This document shows positions 36,000 through 48,800 of a stretch of 64,000 bases of DNA, piece by piece (the first letter of the stretch is position 1; the number at the start of each line of letters is the position of its first letter). The notes below the pieces were generated by a model that was not told where the DNA came from, did no database searches, and saw only the letters and a program-made list of their open reading frames with translations. This stretch comes from Psilocybe cubensis (taxonomy: Eukaryota), in assembly GCA_017499595.2 (NCBI GenBank), contig CM039005.1, forward strand, positions 2,542,001 through 2,606,000, in the 5' to 3' direction. The position numbers and the translations under genes were made by a program.

Positions 36000-38760
36000 C
36001 GTACAAATAACCCTTTTTAGTAATTTAAGTTCTCTTTTCGGAGTGGCGGATGACATGTCAGAGTTCGAGAGAGGCTGGAAACAAACAAGAACATACCCTG
36101 AGAGGGTATAAGAATCGGACAGGCAAGCAGAGAGACCCCCATCGTCTCTTGACTCTCTTCCACCATCATCTCGTCGCATATTTGAAGAGTTCCTCTAATA
36201 CCCTTGACGATAAGGTAGACTCTTATTGCGGTGATGGCTCTCAATCAGGCAACGTAAGTTAAAGTCAACCCGCATTTATCAAACTACCTATTAACATTAT
36301 TTGCAGTAATTTCATCACCCCGCCCTGAGCCATCTTCACCATACATGGGGTGGCAAGTCCCAATATGTGTAAGCTCATCTCGCCTAGGTTAAAACACCTC
36401 TAACAACACCTCACAGCAATTTCATCAACCCGCCTTGGACCAAACCACGTCTGTTTCATCTTCCTAAAGTCACTAACCATCCCCACACAACGCAGGCTCA
36501 CCCACATACAACGGTCAAGAAGCCCAGCACAGAAGTATACCACTCCATTCAGGTCGCGTATCTTCAGTCTGCTGGTGTTAGGCTGGAGTGCGCGATTGTC
36601 TTAGGACATGCGGGGCAGCTGAAATTTGACCCTACCCGCTCGATGTGTGGCACCCCCCCGCCGCCACCCCTGTAAATCGGGGGTCGTGGAAACCAGGGGG
36701 TGAGGTACGGAGTGCTGGTTGGTTTGCCCACCCCCCTAAGCAGTAGCGGTAGACTTGCAGGACATCGTCGCTTCTACCGTGAATCGCAGGGGTGGAGATT
36801 GAGAAAAGCTTGCTTTGGACCTTGTGTGTTGGGTGGGCTTAGGCGAGCGGTGGTTGGCATGAGGTCAGTTTAACCCTTTGGTTGTTTGATATTAATGTTG
36901 ACTTATTCCTCCGCAGCCTCAGACGATATGACCATACCGTACAGTGTTGGACAACTGGCGCAATCCCACGCAACCTTACATATGTTCAACATCTTCAATT
37001 CCTCAAGTTTGATTTATTGCATTTTTGCTTATTGTTTTGTGCTGTAGTATCATACCGGTTTGGTTGGGATATGGACAAACATTATGTGGAAAGGGCCCTC
37101 AGTGAGTATCTAATGTCCATTAGTCTTTCAACTTTTGAGATGCAATGTTAGAGACATAGAGTTATCCTCCTTATAGTCGAAATATCCATTGCCCTGTCGT
37201 GTCTTTGGAAAGATCATGACTGGTGGGTTTAGTATCCCTCTGACAGTACCATCTAATTTCGCCCCCGCAGAGCTGCTTTTCTAATGGCCTATCCTTCTGC
37301 ACTTCAACCACATTATAACTTGTCACACTCAGTGCATCTACTATTCGCTCATTGGCATACATCGGATCACCAATCGAGTAGCCATTCGCTGTCAGGTCAG
37401 ATCTTGGAGTACTTGTTTCCTTTTCATATGTGAGTCTGCCCATCGATTAATGTTCCTAATTAAACCTGATCTTTTTACTATTGCGTAGGCATTTTTGTTT
37501 TTGCTTTTTTTTCGTTTTCGTTTTCTATTTCATTTCTTTGGTTTTGCTCCTTTAAGTAGTTAATAGCTTATGCGTCAGGTCTTTACATGGAAAGATCTCT
37601 TCTCTGGTGAGTGTGAACTGTCCCTTCTTTAATTCATCGCCTCAAATGTTATCCCAGGTGTTCACGACTCGTACCCCCATGCAACTTCACTAAATTTCTG
37701 CTTTCGCCATCACACAAACAATCAAGTTTAGGAGGTCATATAATCCGCCACAAATGTTTCCGAACGAATAGAATGGGAAATCATCAAGTACTCTTAAACA
37801 TAAACATCAAAGCACACTATCGCCTCCGTTGCCATATTATTAAAGCACCCCCAGCTCTGTCAAGCACCCGAGTCTCAAGAGATCTGATGCGTTGGACCTC
37901 ATTATTCCATGTACGTTTGCCTTCTACTTTCATCATAATGTGAATATACTAACTTCTCGTTAGATTCTCTGTTGTTTCTTTTTCTTTCTAAGTAGTAAGG
38001 CTCCAACCGTTTAGTTTCCGTTTAAATTTTATTACAAACTAAACGGAAACGGTAATAAACAGTTTACAAACGTTTATAAACGTTTGTAAACAGTAAGCTC
38101 GAGGGTGGCTACAAGGGCAGGCGTTCAACAGCGTTCAACGCATCATTTGTCCTAATGCGGCCGATTTGCCAAGGAAGATAATAGTCGGCACCTAATTGGT
38201 ACAAAAATGGGACCAAAACAAGAGTGCAAATGAGTTAGTTTGGTGTAAAGAATAAAAGATGAATCATTTGATGTAATACGCACCCAATATTGTCCAAAAA
38301 AGAGATATACTTTAGCACAAAAATCTGTTACCGTTTGAACCGTTTATAAACGTTTGTAAACTGTTTAGCAAGGCTCGTAAACTAAACGAAACGGTAAATG
38401 GTATATACCGTTTACAAACGATAAACAAACGAAACGGTTGGAGCCTTACTAAGTAGGTAGATAAGATACTCACAGCCGTCCGTGATCCAAAAACACAATC
38501 ACAGCGTATACTGTCGCCAGTTGAAGTTTCCGCTTACAGCTATGCTCGACGGACCTTCTCTCGTACATTTGTATTCCCTTTTTCAACGCTTGCACTTGTT
38601 ATCGTTTCGAATGCGTTGTTGTAATATCTAGTAGAACACGTTAGTCGGGCTTCTAATGCCACATATACTTTATTCGGAATGAACGGAGTGACTCCTGAGC
38701 AAAGTGCTCAAATTATCTGGTTTATAGAGGTTTGAGACGAATTGGCCGACCTCAAGCTGA
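36000..38760 (+). ncRNA. Putative spliced long non-coding unit, copy B (core about 36493-36863), carrying a hAT MITE
   Basis: Paralog of 20340-22560, with the same splice-like sites and near-identical core. Confidence 0.45.
37996..38448. mobile_element. hAT-family MITE (453 bp)
   Basis: TIR TAAGGCTCCAACCGTTT...AAACGGTTGGAGCCTTA (YARNG end) with 8-bp TSD CTAAGTAG (37988-37995, 38449-38456). It has subterminal aaacgtttataaacg repeats and is absent from the paralogous site near 22240. Confidence 0.92.
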
Positions 38761-41059
38761 CTATCTATGACTACGACTATGACTATGTGCCTCTATGTAC
38801 CTTGGTAGTAGCAGAAGGAAACGGCAGTGAACTGTTCAAAGCAGCAGGGAACGGTAATGAACTGTCCACTTCGTAAGATGCAAATATGCACGCTGCGCAC
38901 GGCAAACATATCTGTCTATTGCTACAAAGGCGCGTTCTGTGTCCTGCCTGAACCAGGGGAGCGGAGGACATCGGAGAAGCGCTGCCTTAATGTGATAGAG
39001 CAGAAGACAAGCCGTGCGGGTGATATGTGATATGTGGTTAGGTAGGAAATTGTTGAGAGTGTACGAAATTGTAGAATGGCGCATGCAAGAATCATATCCT
39101 CCATATACGTTACTCGAAGGTGTACCTGAGGAAAATCATGGCATCGCATTTGCAGTTACACGTTGCGTGTCCGTTTGCAGGGACGCAGGTGTGATGCAAA
39201 TAGGAGCGAGAGTCTAAGCCTGAGGTTATCCTTCGAGATCCGGGCGCGATATGATTCGTGATTTGCATGTGCCATTCTTGTGAGTGTTTCTAGGGTGGAA
39301 AGTTAGCAAGGGGTGATGAGGGTGTGTAAGCGATGTTGGATGCATGAAAGGGGCCGACAAGACAGACAAAGGCATCATGCATCATGATCCGAAAACGCCC
39401 GCGCGTGGTAGACGATACCGTATCACATCGCATCGCGACTGAAGACTCGGAAAACAAGTCAATGTCCAACGATGGATGAAACACACGTACGCACATGCGC
39501 GCGCCTGCCGATATGGTGCAATCTACTGCAAAGTGGGAGGGGATGCGTTGTCAGTGGCACGGGAGCTTGGATGCAAGTGGACATCTATCGACCGGAGCGA
39601 GCTGAGGCAACATGGCCCCCGGACTTTGAGTGCACGTACACACGGTGGCTGACGAGCGTAGATGCGCTTGAAGATCCATTTCTGTGCGTGATATACGTGT
39701 ATAATGGTGATGATCTGATAAAACCCGGCACGGTGAGAACTAATAGGAAAGGTGCCACTGACGAACCAGACGGCGAATATGAATTTCTTGAAAGATATTG
39801 CGGTCTCGAATAATGGTAAAGGTGTCTTGACATGAGTTACTCGTGATTTTCTGACCTGCTGGAATATCCTGAAACGCTCGATCTAGCAGGGGTATCGAAA
39901 TGTGTGGCACATAGCGATGGTGTCACTGGTGAACAAACCTGCGGCAACAATGAGGTATACAGAGGAATTCAAGAGCAACACTTACCTTTATCATTGAAAC
40001 TGAACGCCTCCAGAGATAGTTTGAGAGTGGCAAAAGTTTTGAGGTGAGTGTTGCACAAAGAAACGCGATCGAGCGCAGTCGATGGGATAAATAGGCGGAG
40101 TTTGAATGCGCGGCGCTATCCCGACATACCTCCGACAGAGACTCAGATGCCTTTTAGACTGGAGGGAGATCCCATTATTCGTGGAGAGCGCAAATCACCA
40201 TTTATGTGCATTCTAAGCTCCCATGTGCATTCACCGCGGACTCGGAAATGTCTGTGTCTATGAAGTATTTCGGCCAGCAAGCACACTATCGCCTGCGCAT
40301 TATCTCTCCTCGCATTCTTCTTCATCATGCTCCTCCAAGTCCCTGACCGCCCCCCCCAGAAGCCTCCTCCGCCCGTCCCATAAGCGCATCCCCGAAGGCC
40401 CAGACCCGAACTGAGGAACGTGACAGCCTTTACTGACGTTTCGCCAAGGAGACCCCGTTCTTATTGGTGTGCGTATTACTGCAGGTGCAGGGCGGATACG
40501 GCGGGTGAGAGTTCTATGCTGCGAGTTGGTTTTGATATCAGAATTGAACTGTTCCCTTTATCCTTCTCCGTCTCATTTTCTCCAGTCTCTCTCCCCTCCC
40601 CGTTTCACTTTCCGCCCCCCTCCATCCCCCTTGCCTGTGTCACTTTTATCTCTGTCTCCCGCCCCATCAGCATAATTGCCTTCTTCCTCTTTCCGGCATT
40701 GACGTGTAGGCATTTACGACGGTACACTCCATTCACACGAACACCCGATTTTGGTGCATGTACAGAAAAAGAGGTCGACGGAGTGTGGGGAGGCATCTGC
40801 TAGATGGGATGTGTCGAGGGATCATGAACGCTGGAGCTGGTAGAGGCAGAGGCAGAAATGGATAAAAAGACAGCGCAGATTTGAGTAAGTCACGGTCCCC
40901 CACCACACTCCTTCCGTTCCTATCCCTCCAAACCCCACGCCCACACGCACACCTGCCACCGCCTCCACATCATCTGCAACACACATCGCACTGCGCCTTT
41001 TCAACTTTCTCATCTCATCAACAACACAGAATGATCCCCATCCACCACAGACCGCTCCA

Positions 41060-41145
41060 CTGCACCCAATCTACAAGCTGCCTGAGCGTCGTACCCACGC
41101 ACGCGTTTGACGAGGGAGAAATGTTCAAAAACGCGGCGCCTCAGG
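41060..41145 (-). pseudogene. Possible relic of a wc-1 PAS segment
   Basis: With one frameshift it reads AAFLNISP-VKRVRGYDA, versus wc-1 PAS-B FLYVSPAVKRVLGYDA. Confidence 0.45.
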
Positions 41146-43049
41146 CCAGAGGGCAAGGGAATTGACGTCGGGTATCTGTATGCGGACGGTAAGCGACGAG
41201 CATGCCAGGTGTTGCGTCGTGTGGGTGTTATATTCTGTTCCAGGTGGTGGTGTTTTAGCTGTAGCTGACTACGAGCTTCGTTCGATATCTTGTGGTTGTG
41301 TACATGCGCTTCGTGATGAGGAGTGCACCTTTGTTTGTATCAGCGTCATGATAGGTGTTCAAAAACATGAAAATCACAATGAATCGAAACATTAATTACG
41401 GTTCAGAGAGCCTACATCGCTGTTGGATTGTAATTCAGATCATCAGGGAGTGTATGTGGCTGGAAGCATAAGGAAACATGTATGTACGAATTGAGAGTCA
41501 CAGCATCAAGTCAAAGTGAACAAGCGGAGTTCTAATGTGCTGCACTGCGCATCATGCCGTCAAGCCGAACAAGCACTTTTAATTTCGCCTTGAAGTCGAT
41601 GCAGTGTAAACTGCCACTCGCACTCATCAACCAGCAGTCATCAACCTCGAGGTCCAACGTTAAACAGGAAATTTGGATACATTCATGACCCCGGAGCTCC
41701 CAAATACTTGGAGGTGCAGTTCTGACAATTGCCTTGAAGTCGATGGATGTGGACCGCCACTCGCAGTCATCACCCTCTCCTCGAGTCCAACGTTAAACAG
41801 GAAATTACGCTCTCAAATACATACATGGAAATGAGTTTGAAACGAGGTACGTTGTCTCCCATAAGTCCAACATACAACTCAATTTTGAGTCATCTCAGTA
41901 ACAAGTACTCGACCTCATGTAGATATAGGATGAGTATAAAACTACGAGCTCAAAAATTCCGTAGATTCAGTGTCTTGTCGTCCGTGTGCCTTCTTTTATC
42001 TAACCTCGAAACCTCGACTCTGGTGTTTTTGTTTCATCATGATACCATCCGTTTACCCATCCAAAGTGACTTCTGATCACGCTGAAGGAACAATATCCGC
42101 ACGTAAATGATCCATCTTCATATTCTGATAAATTCACTTATTCAATACCGTTCTTTATAGCTTCAAACGTACACCTCGATCCTAAAAACCATCACATACC
42201 CATATCTAAGGAGTTGGACTCATCATCTCACTTCCAAGACGAATCACTCTCGTCACAACTATTTCCCGGATCACCATTAGTCGATTTTTCTACCTTTTCC
42301 ACACTTCTCCCAGATACGCATACTCCTACACAACATTCAAATGTCGAATTTTTAATACCCCGGGCCCCGGAGGTGAAATCGCCATTTCATGGGGTCAGAC
42401 GGAGACGTTCAGCACGGAAGAAGACTACAAAAAAAGGAGAGCTTGGATGTACAGTGCATAGGCGCCCCGGGCAGGGATTCCGATCTGATTTGGCGCTGTA
42501 GAGTACGCAATGATCATGAGAGGCACAGCAGATATATATTGAGGGGTTTGTCAATATTGTAGGAAATGGGATTGCAGCTTAGGAATGACATGCTGTCTAG
42601 GATAAATAATATATCTAAATCAATGTTGTCTTAGCTCAAGGTCAAAATAGAAAACACCACAATACGCAGATAAGTATCTGATTGTAAATACTATCATATG
42701 ACGCTGCTGCAGAAGACTTGACTCTGGCTCACGCAAGCCATCCGGTTAGTTATCATGATTGGCCGTGACAGACAAAAGGCTCCGAGATTTCCCTAGCAGA
42801 TAGGTTTACACCGTTTGGAATTTGACCCCTGTTTTTCCGTTAGATTAGTTGCGGATTGGGCGAGATTGGGCGACTTGAAAGTTTCACACGCATATCCACC
42901 TCACTGCCACCACGTTGCATGGATAATGCGCATGCCGCACGAGGGACGAGGAAGGAATGATATCGGTCAAACTGATTTGAAGTGAGATTTTTTCCACGAG
43001 TCGGTATAAAACTGGATTATTTGGGCTGGAACAGTGGTATCGATCACAT

Positions 43050-43900
43050 ATGAATACACTCCAGTGTGCAGAATTTCCTCATCTCCCTCACCGGACACAC
43101 ACTCTCACCCATACAGTAACGTCTGGTCCATACAACACGCGGCGGGTCTCATCGCAAGCCACAATCGGTGTGCCTCAAGCAGCGGCAAAGTTTCAGAGAG
43201 GAGGAAACCACAGCGCAACAGCACAGCCAATGTTCTCTCAATGGGAGAGAGAATCTAGGACAGAAATTTTTACATTTGATCTGGAGGAGATTCCAGAAAC
43301 TGGAATTCTGTCCCCAGCCGGAGTGCACGGGCGCGATCCAGCCCAAAATCAAAGGTATGAAAATTTTGTCTTTGTTCCCTCTCGTTGGATAGAGGTCTGA
43401 TGCATGGAGTGAATAGGAAATCAAACGAGGGCCAGGACAGAGTGTCCAGGAAGAGAAACCAGGGGGATGAGCCGCTTCAGAGCGGCAGTGGGTCAAGGTA
43501 TGTGTCTGCAAACTCCTTTAATGAACGTCGCTTGCTCAACTGACACTGATTGCACTCACGCAGGCCCACCACAAATATGGATACAAATATCCGAGGAGCC
43601 CGCTGGCTCAGATTTCGTATTTCCTGCTGATTTAACGATCCAGTTTCCTTTGAGCAGAAAGCCCGCTATACCCCTAGACCTGTTTGCATCGCCTCAGCAA
43701 TCAGGTCTCCTTTCAATCGAAGAGGACAGCTTTGCCAGGGATTACTTAGCTGGCGACTCATCTGTGTGGGATGGACATGACATGATGGGTCCAACAAATT
43801 GGAACAAAGGCTATAACATTGGAAGCAGGCTTGGAGGAGGAGCACATACCGGACATGCAGTATATATACATACCATCAAAATATACTTATCTGATTACCA
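43050..43900 (+). pseudogene. Rearranged (exon-permuted) paralog of the 61417-62692 gene
   Basis: It has the same modules (PQAAAKFQRG...QNQR, DEPLQSGSGSR, GPPQIWIQISEEPAGSDFVF) in a different order. A splice-phase mismatch would stop translation at 43630, and the Cys tail is missing. Confidence 0.7.
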
Positions 43901-44561
43901 CTGATGATGTGATGAGCGATGGTGTGAATAAGTGAAGAAGCCAGAGAAAATCTTCATTATGGAATGCTCTATCTGCTGCCGCGACGAATCCGATAATTTG
44001 AAGAGATATAACAGATGGCGACAGAAAAAATAAGCAACACATTTCGGTTAAGTGATTTGAACAATTGTGTTTAGATGGCACACGACTCCATTCGATCTGA
44101 GCTTGACGTTTGAAGTTTCTCTAGGATGATCATTCTTCGAGAAAGGTTGGGTGACAAGGACAAGGACTCGCAGCTTCTACTCGCTCCTTCTTGTTTACTC
44201 ACAATGTACGTACCCAAGGCAATAAGTGAGCAAATTGTCTTACTGTTTCTGGGCTGTATGTGGGATCTCGACCATCTATGGCTGCTCTACCGCTTCCAAA
44301 CATGTGCTTCCAGCCACTGGATGTGTCGGATATGCGTGAACCATCGACTGTGAAATGACATCGAAGCATCATCAAGACGACAAGAGAGTTAAATTCACAT
44401 TCAAGAGAGAGTGGTAATCTCCTGTAGTAGGCAGCACATCCGTCGACGTGAACGGGACTTTGGGACCGTCAAATAGCCAGTCTCCTGTACTCCTGTACTA
44501 CAGTAGCCAGACTAGAGCTTTGCGTACTTTTAAATGTAACGGCACAACTCCAAATTTTCTC

Positions 44562-44705
44562 GCTTTTTATTTTCATCGAGCATCTTGTAAGGCCCATCTG
44601 TTCAGAGTGTGTACACTGACTGGCCTTACTTTGGCTTTTTATTTTCATCGAGCATCTTGTAAGGCCCATCTGTTCAGAGTGTGTACACTGACTGGCCTTA
44701 CTTTG
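44562..44705. repeat. Perfect 72-bp tandem duplication
   Basis: gctttttattttcatcgagc...ggccttactttg occurs twice. Confidence 0.95.
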
Positions 44706-44859
44706 TTGTTAATTCATAGCATGTAATAAAAATGAGAAAGAATACTTGCTCGTACATTAATGATAGGCAGACACACACCTCCTCCGGGTCTAGTTCAAAG
44801 GAAACATTGAGCAATTATAATGTCCGTGTATACGTGTATATTCAATACGAGATAAGCTA

Positions 44860-45860
44860 CACCATGTATGTATATATGTATGTATGTATGTATGTGTATG
44901 TATGTGTATGTATGTGGAAGTATACTAGTGAAATGCAACAGCGAGCGAGCCAATACCGCGTGTTGCACCGCCGACGCTAGTGCTAGTGCTAGTGCTACTA
45001 TTATCAAGTTTACAGTTGTGTATAGTATAGGGTAGAAGGAGTATCAGATGGGTGATGGAGAGCGTCGTGTATGGGGGTAATATTGTACAAATGCATGAGT
45101 CTCAGACGAGACGAGACGAGACGAGACGAGACGAGATGAGATAACAGAAAGAAACCTTGGTAGTAAGTAATATACATGCACATGACAGGAACTGAACTGA
45201 AGCAACCGAAAAAAAAAGAAACCTGACGAGACACCCGGGGAAATGTAGGTAGCGTAGCAGAGTAGAGAGTAGAGAGGAACCGAAATGCGAAATGCGAATT
45301 GAGAAGGCGAAAAGCGAAAAGCGAGAGAAAAGAAAAGAAAAAAGAAAATTTAAACCGGACATTATCCATATCATGAACACCTCCCTTTGCGTCCCATTCC
45401 CAGCAGCTACGTACAAAACAGACGACGAGCGAGCAAGCAAGCAAACAAGCAAAAAGAGCAAACAAGCATACAAACGAACAAAAAAACGAACGAACGAACG
45501 AGCAAACGAACGAACGAAAAAAATGAAAAAATCACACAAGCAATTCAGAAATGCACTTGGGTGTGGATGCAGCATAAAAAAGACAGACGATGCAAAGCCG
45601 TAGATATATAGAAGCTGGGAGCACGATCGATAGTTCGAGGGTCGAGGTTTCGGATTCGAAGATTTGGATTCGAGGGTCAAGGTCGAGTGTCGAGTGTCGA
45701 AAGTCAAGTGTCAAGAGTCGATGGTGCAGTCTGGTGGCGTGTCGAGTGTCAATGTAAAGATATATTTCGTGTCTGTGATTGGCTTCGTGTTTGTATTCGC
45801 GTGCGCATTCGTGTGTGTGTGTGCGTTCGTGTGTGTGTTCGCGCGCGCGCGTGTGTACCA
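44860..45860. repeat. Microsatellite cluster downstream of wc-1: (GTAT)n, (GCTAGT)n, (AGACG)n, (GAAC)n, (GT)n
   Basis: Directly visible simple repeats. Confidence 0.9.
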
Positions 45861-45899
45861 CATCACTTTGAAGAAAAAGAAATCATCATGCATCATGGT

Positions 45900-48800
45900 C
45901 TACGGCCCAATAGCGCTCCAAGGCCTCTTCAACGACACACCCATACCCGTCCCTCTTCCACCACCACCACCACCACCACCACCACCACCACCCCCGCCGC
46001 TTCCAGCAGCAACAGCAGCAGCAGCGGCGTACATCGCCTGCACATCCATATGCGCACCCGAACCCGCACCCGCACCCGCACCCTCCCCTGCTCTATCCCC
46101 TTCTCTTCTTCTATCTGCTTCTCTATCGAGATCTGTATCCAGATCCATATCCAGATCCGCATGCGCATCTCTATCGCTGTCAGTGTGCATCATGTCGATG
46201 TCCAGCTTATCACCCGCACCGCGCTCATGCTCGCGCTCGCGCATGGACCGCGCACGGCGTCTCGCCAGCAATGACGACGACGGTGACGACGACGAGGACG
46301 ACAAAACAGGGGCCGAAGCGGAAGTAGACGAGGAGGAAGGGTGCTGGTACATCACGCTAGGCGGCGGCATCGACACGGGGACGTGTAGAGGCGGCATCGC
46401 ACCCGTGCCCCACGTCTGGGTCTGGGTCTGCGTTTGCGTAGGCTGCTGAGGCTGCGTGTGCGTACGCGGCCGCGCCGACGATGACAGAGGATACCCTTCT
46501 TCCTGCTGGTGCTGATATGAATAAGAATACGACTGTGGATGCGAATGCGAGAGTGACGCGGGCGTATACGCGCGCCGCGGGGTAGCGTATGGAGCGGGGT
46601 ATCCCAGCGCGGAGGATAACCCGTCTCTCTCCCTCTCCCTCTCAGCCCCCCTGTCTCTTTCCCTTTCCCTCTCCATTTCTCTCTCTCTTTCCCTTTCCCT
46701 TTCCCTTTCCCTGTCCCTGTCACGCTCTCTCTCGCGCTCCTTCTCTCTCTCTCGCTCTCTCTCTCTATCTCTCTCCCTCTCCCTCTCGCGCTGCTGCACA
46801 GGAATCGGCAACGACAACGACAGCGGTACCGGTAACGAATAAAGCGGTTTCGGATGATGCAGCGTCCCATTTCCATTTCCATTTCCATTTACACCCGCGC
46901 CCGCACCGCCCTCTGAATTGGAATTCGAACTTGTACTCGAATGCAAACGTGAGTTCGAATGAGAAATCGAATGAGAAATCGAATGCAAGTTCGAATGCGA
47001 GCTTGAATGCGAATGCGAATTCGAATGCGACAGAGGCAGAGGCAAAACCCCATCATACAAACTCCCATGCACAACATTCACAGTTCCATTCTGCGCAGAC
47101 GGTGGAAATGGGACGTTCTTCATATACGCGCCGCGCTCCTTTTGCTGGTGCTGCTCCTTCTGCTGGTGCTGCTCCTTCTGCTGGTGCTGTTCCCGCTGCT
47201 GCTGCTGGAGCTGGCGCTGTTGCTGAAGATGATTGTATTGATGCAAATGTGCCTGTCCTTGTGGTTGTTGTCGCTGAGACTGATGTCGATGATGCGCAGA
47301 GACAACCAGTTCACCGCGCGAAAACAGGTCCTGCTGCTGCTTTGGCTGGGTCTGTGTCTGTATCTGTGTATGTGTCTGCGGTGTCTGCGATGTTGACTGG
47401 TTTTGTTGGTGTGGGTGATGATAGCGTGCCATATCACTGTACCCACCCAAACCCATACCTAAACCCAAACCCATACCCATATCCAAGCCCATATCCATAT
47501 CCATCCCCAAATCCATATCGAACCCTAAATCCAAATCCATACGCGCGCCTCCCTCCTCCCTCCCCATCCCACTCTCCATCCTACTCACACCCGCACTCAA
47601 AGTATCCACCCCATTCCCATTCCCATTCCCATTCCCATTCCCCTTGCCCTTACTTTTCTCGGACCCCCGCCCGCGATCCAGCCCCATCCCCATCCCCAGC
47701 CCCAGCCCAAGCGCACCCACCTTCCCCTGCAGCACACACACCTCCTCCTCAAGCCGCGCATTCGCAAAGCGCAGCTGCTGCAGCTCGTACTGCCAGCTCG
47801 TCCCGCGCGCTGGTGCGAGTTCTGCGAACATGTCGGTTGATGGGGGTGGCGCTGGGGCGGCGGCGGCGGTGGAGGTGGAGGCGGCGGCGGCGGGGGAGGA
47901 GGTGGTGGAGGAGGAGGAGGAGGAAGAGGATATGGAAGAAGAAGAGGTGGTGGTGGAGGCGGTGGAGGTGGAAGCCGGCGGATGACCTTGAGGACGTGTT
48001 TGCGACTGTGTATCCGACGATGGGAAAGACGAGAACATCGGCGCTGACACCGACGATGACGACGACGAAGATGACGACGAGGAATTCATCGACGCCGCCG
48101 ACATCGCGAACAACCTCGACGGCACCGGCGTCGCACCACTCACACTCCCGCTCGTACTCCCACTCCCACTCATACTCCCATTCGCACTCCCGCTCGACGT
48201 CGTCCTCGACGAACCCGCCCCCGCCGGACTACCACTCGCACTCCACCGCACCGCCGCACTCCCATCCCACAACGCGCGCTCCGACGGCACATCCCCCGGC
48301 GCACACCCGATCGTCTGTGCACCCGCTATACGGATCTGGTAGACGAGCGCGGCGGGTGTGATGTTGCATCCTCTTTCCTCGTCGTATTCCTCTTCCTCTT
48401 CTTGTGCTTCTCCTCCGTCTTCGTCGTCGTCGTCGTCGTCTTTTTCTTCTGCTTCTGCTTCGTCTGTATCTTCTTGATTATCTTCTTGCTCTACTTCATC
48501 GCCCCCCTTTTCTTTATGCTCGTAGACAGATTCACCTCGCTCGCTCGACGTCGAAGATTCCTCCCCCTCCTCATCCTCATCCTCAACATCCGCCCGATAA
48601 ATCACAAACCACACATCCACGACCCTCCCGCCCTTCGCACGCATCGCACAGCGCACTTTGCGCCATCGCGCGCTTATACCCGGGAGGTTGGCTCTCGCTT
48701 GGGCATGTGCCTTCGCTTTCTCCTTCGCCTTCTCCTTTGCTTGTGCGTGTGCTTGTGCTTGTGCGTTTGCGTGTGCGTGTGCTTTGGCGTTTGCGTTCGC

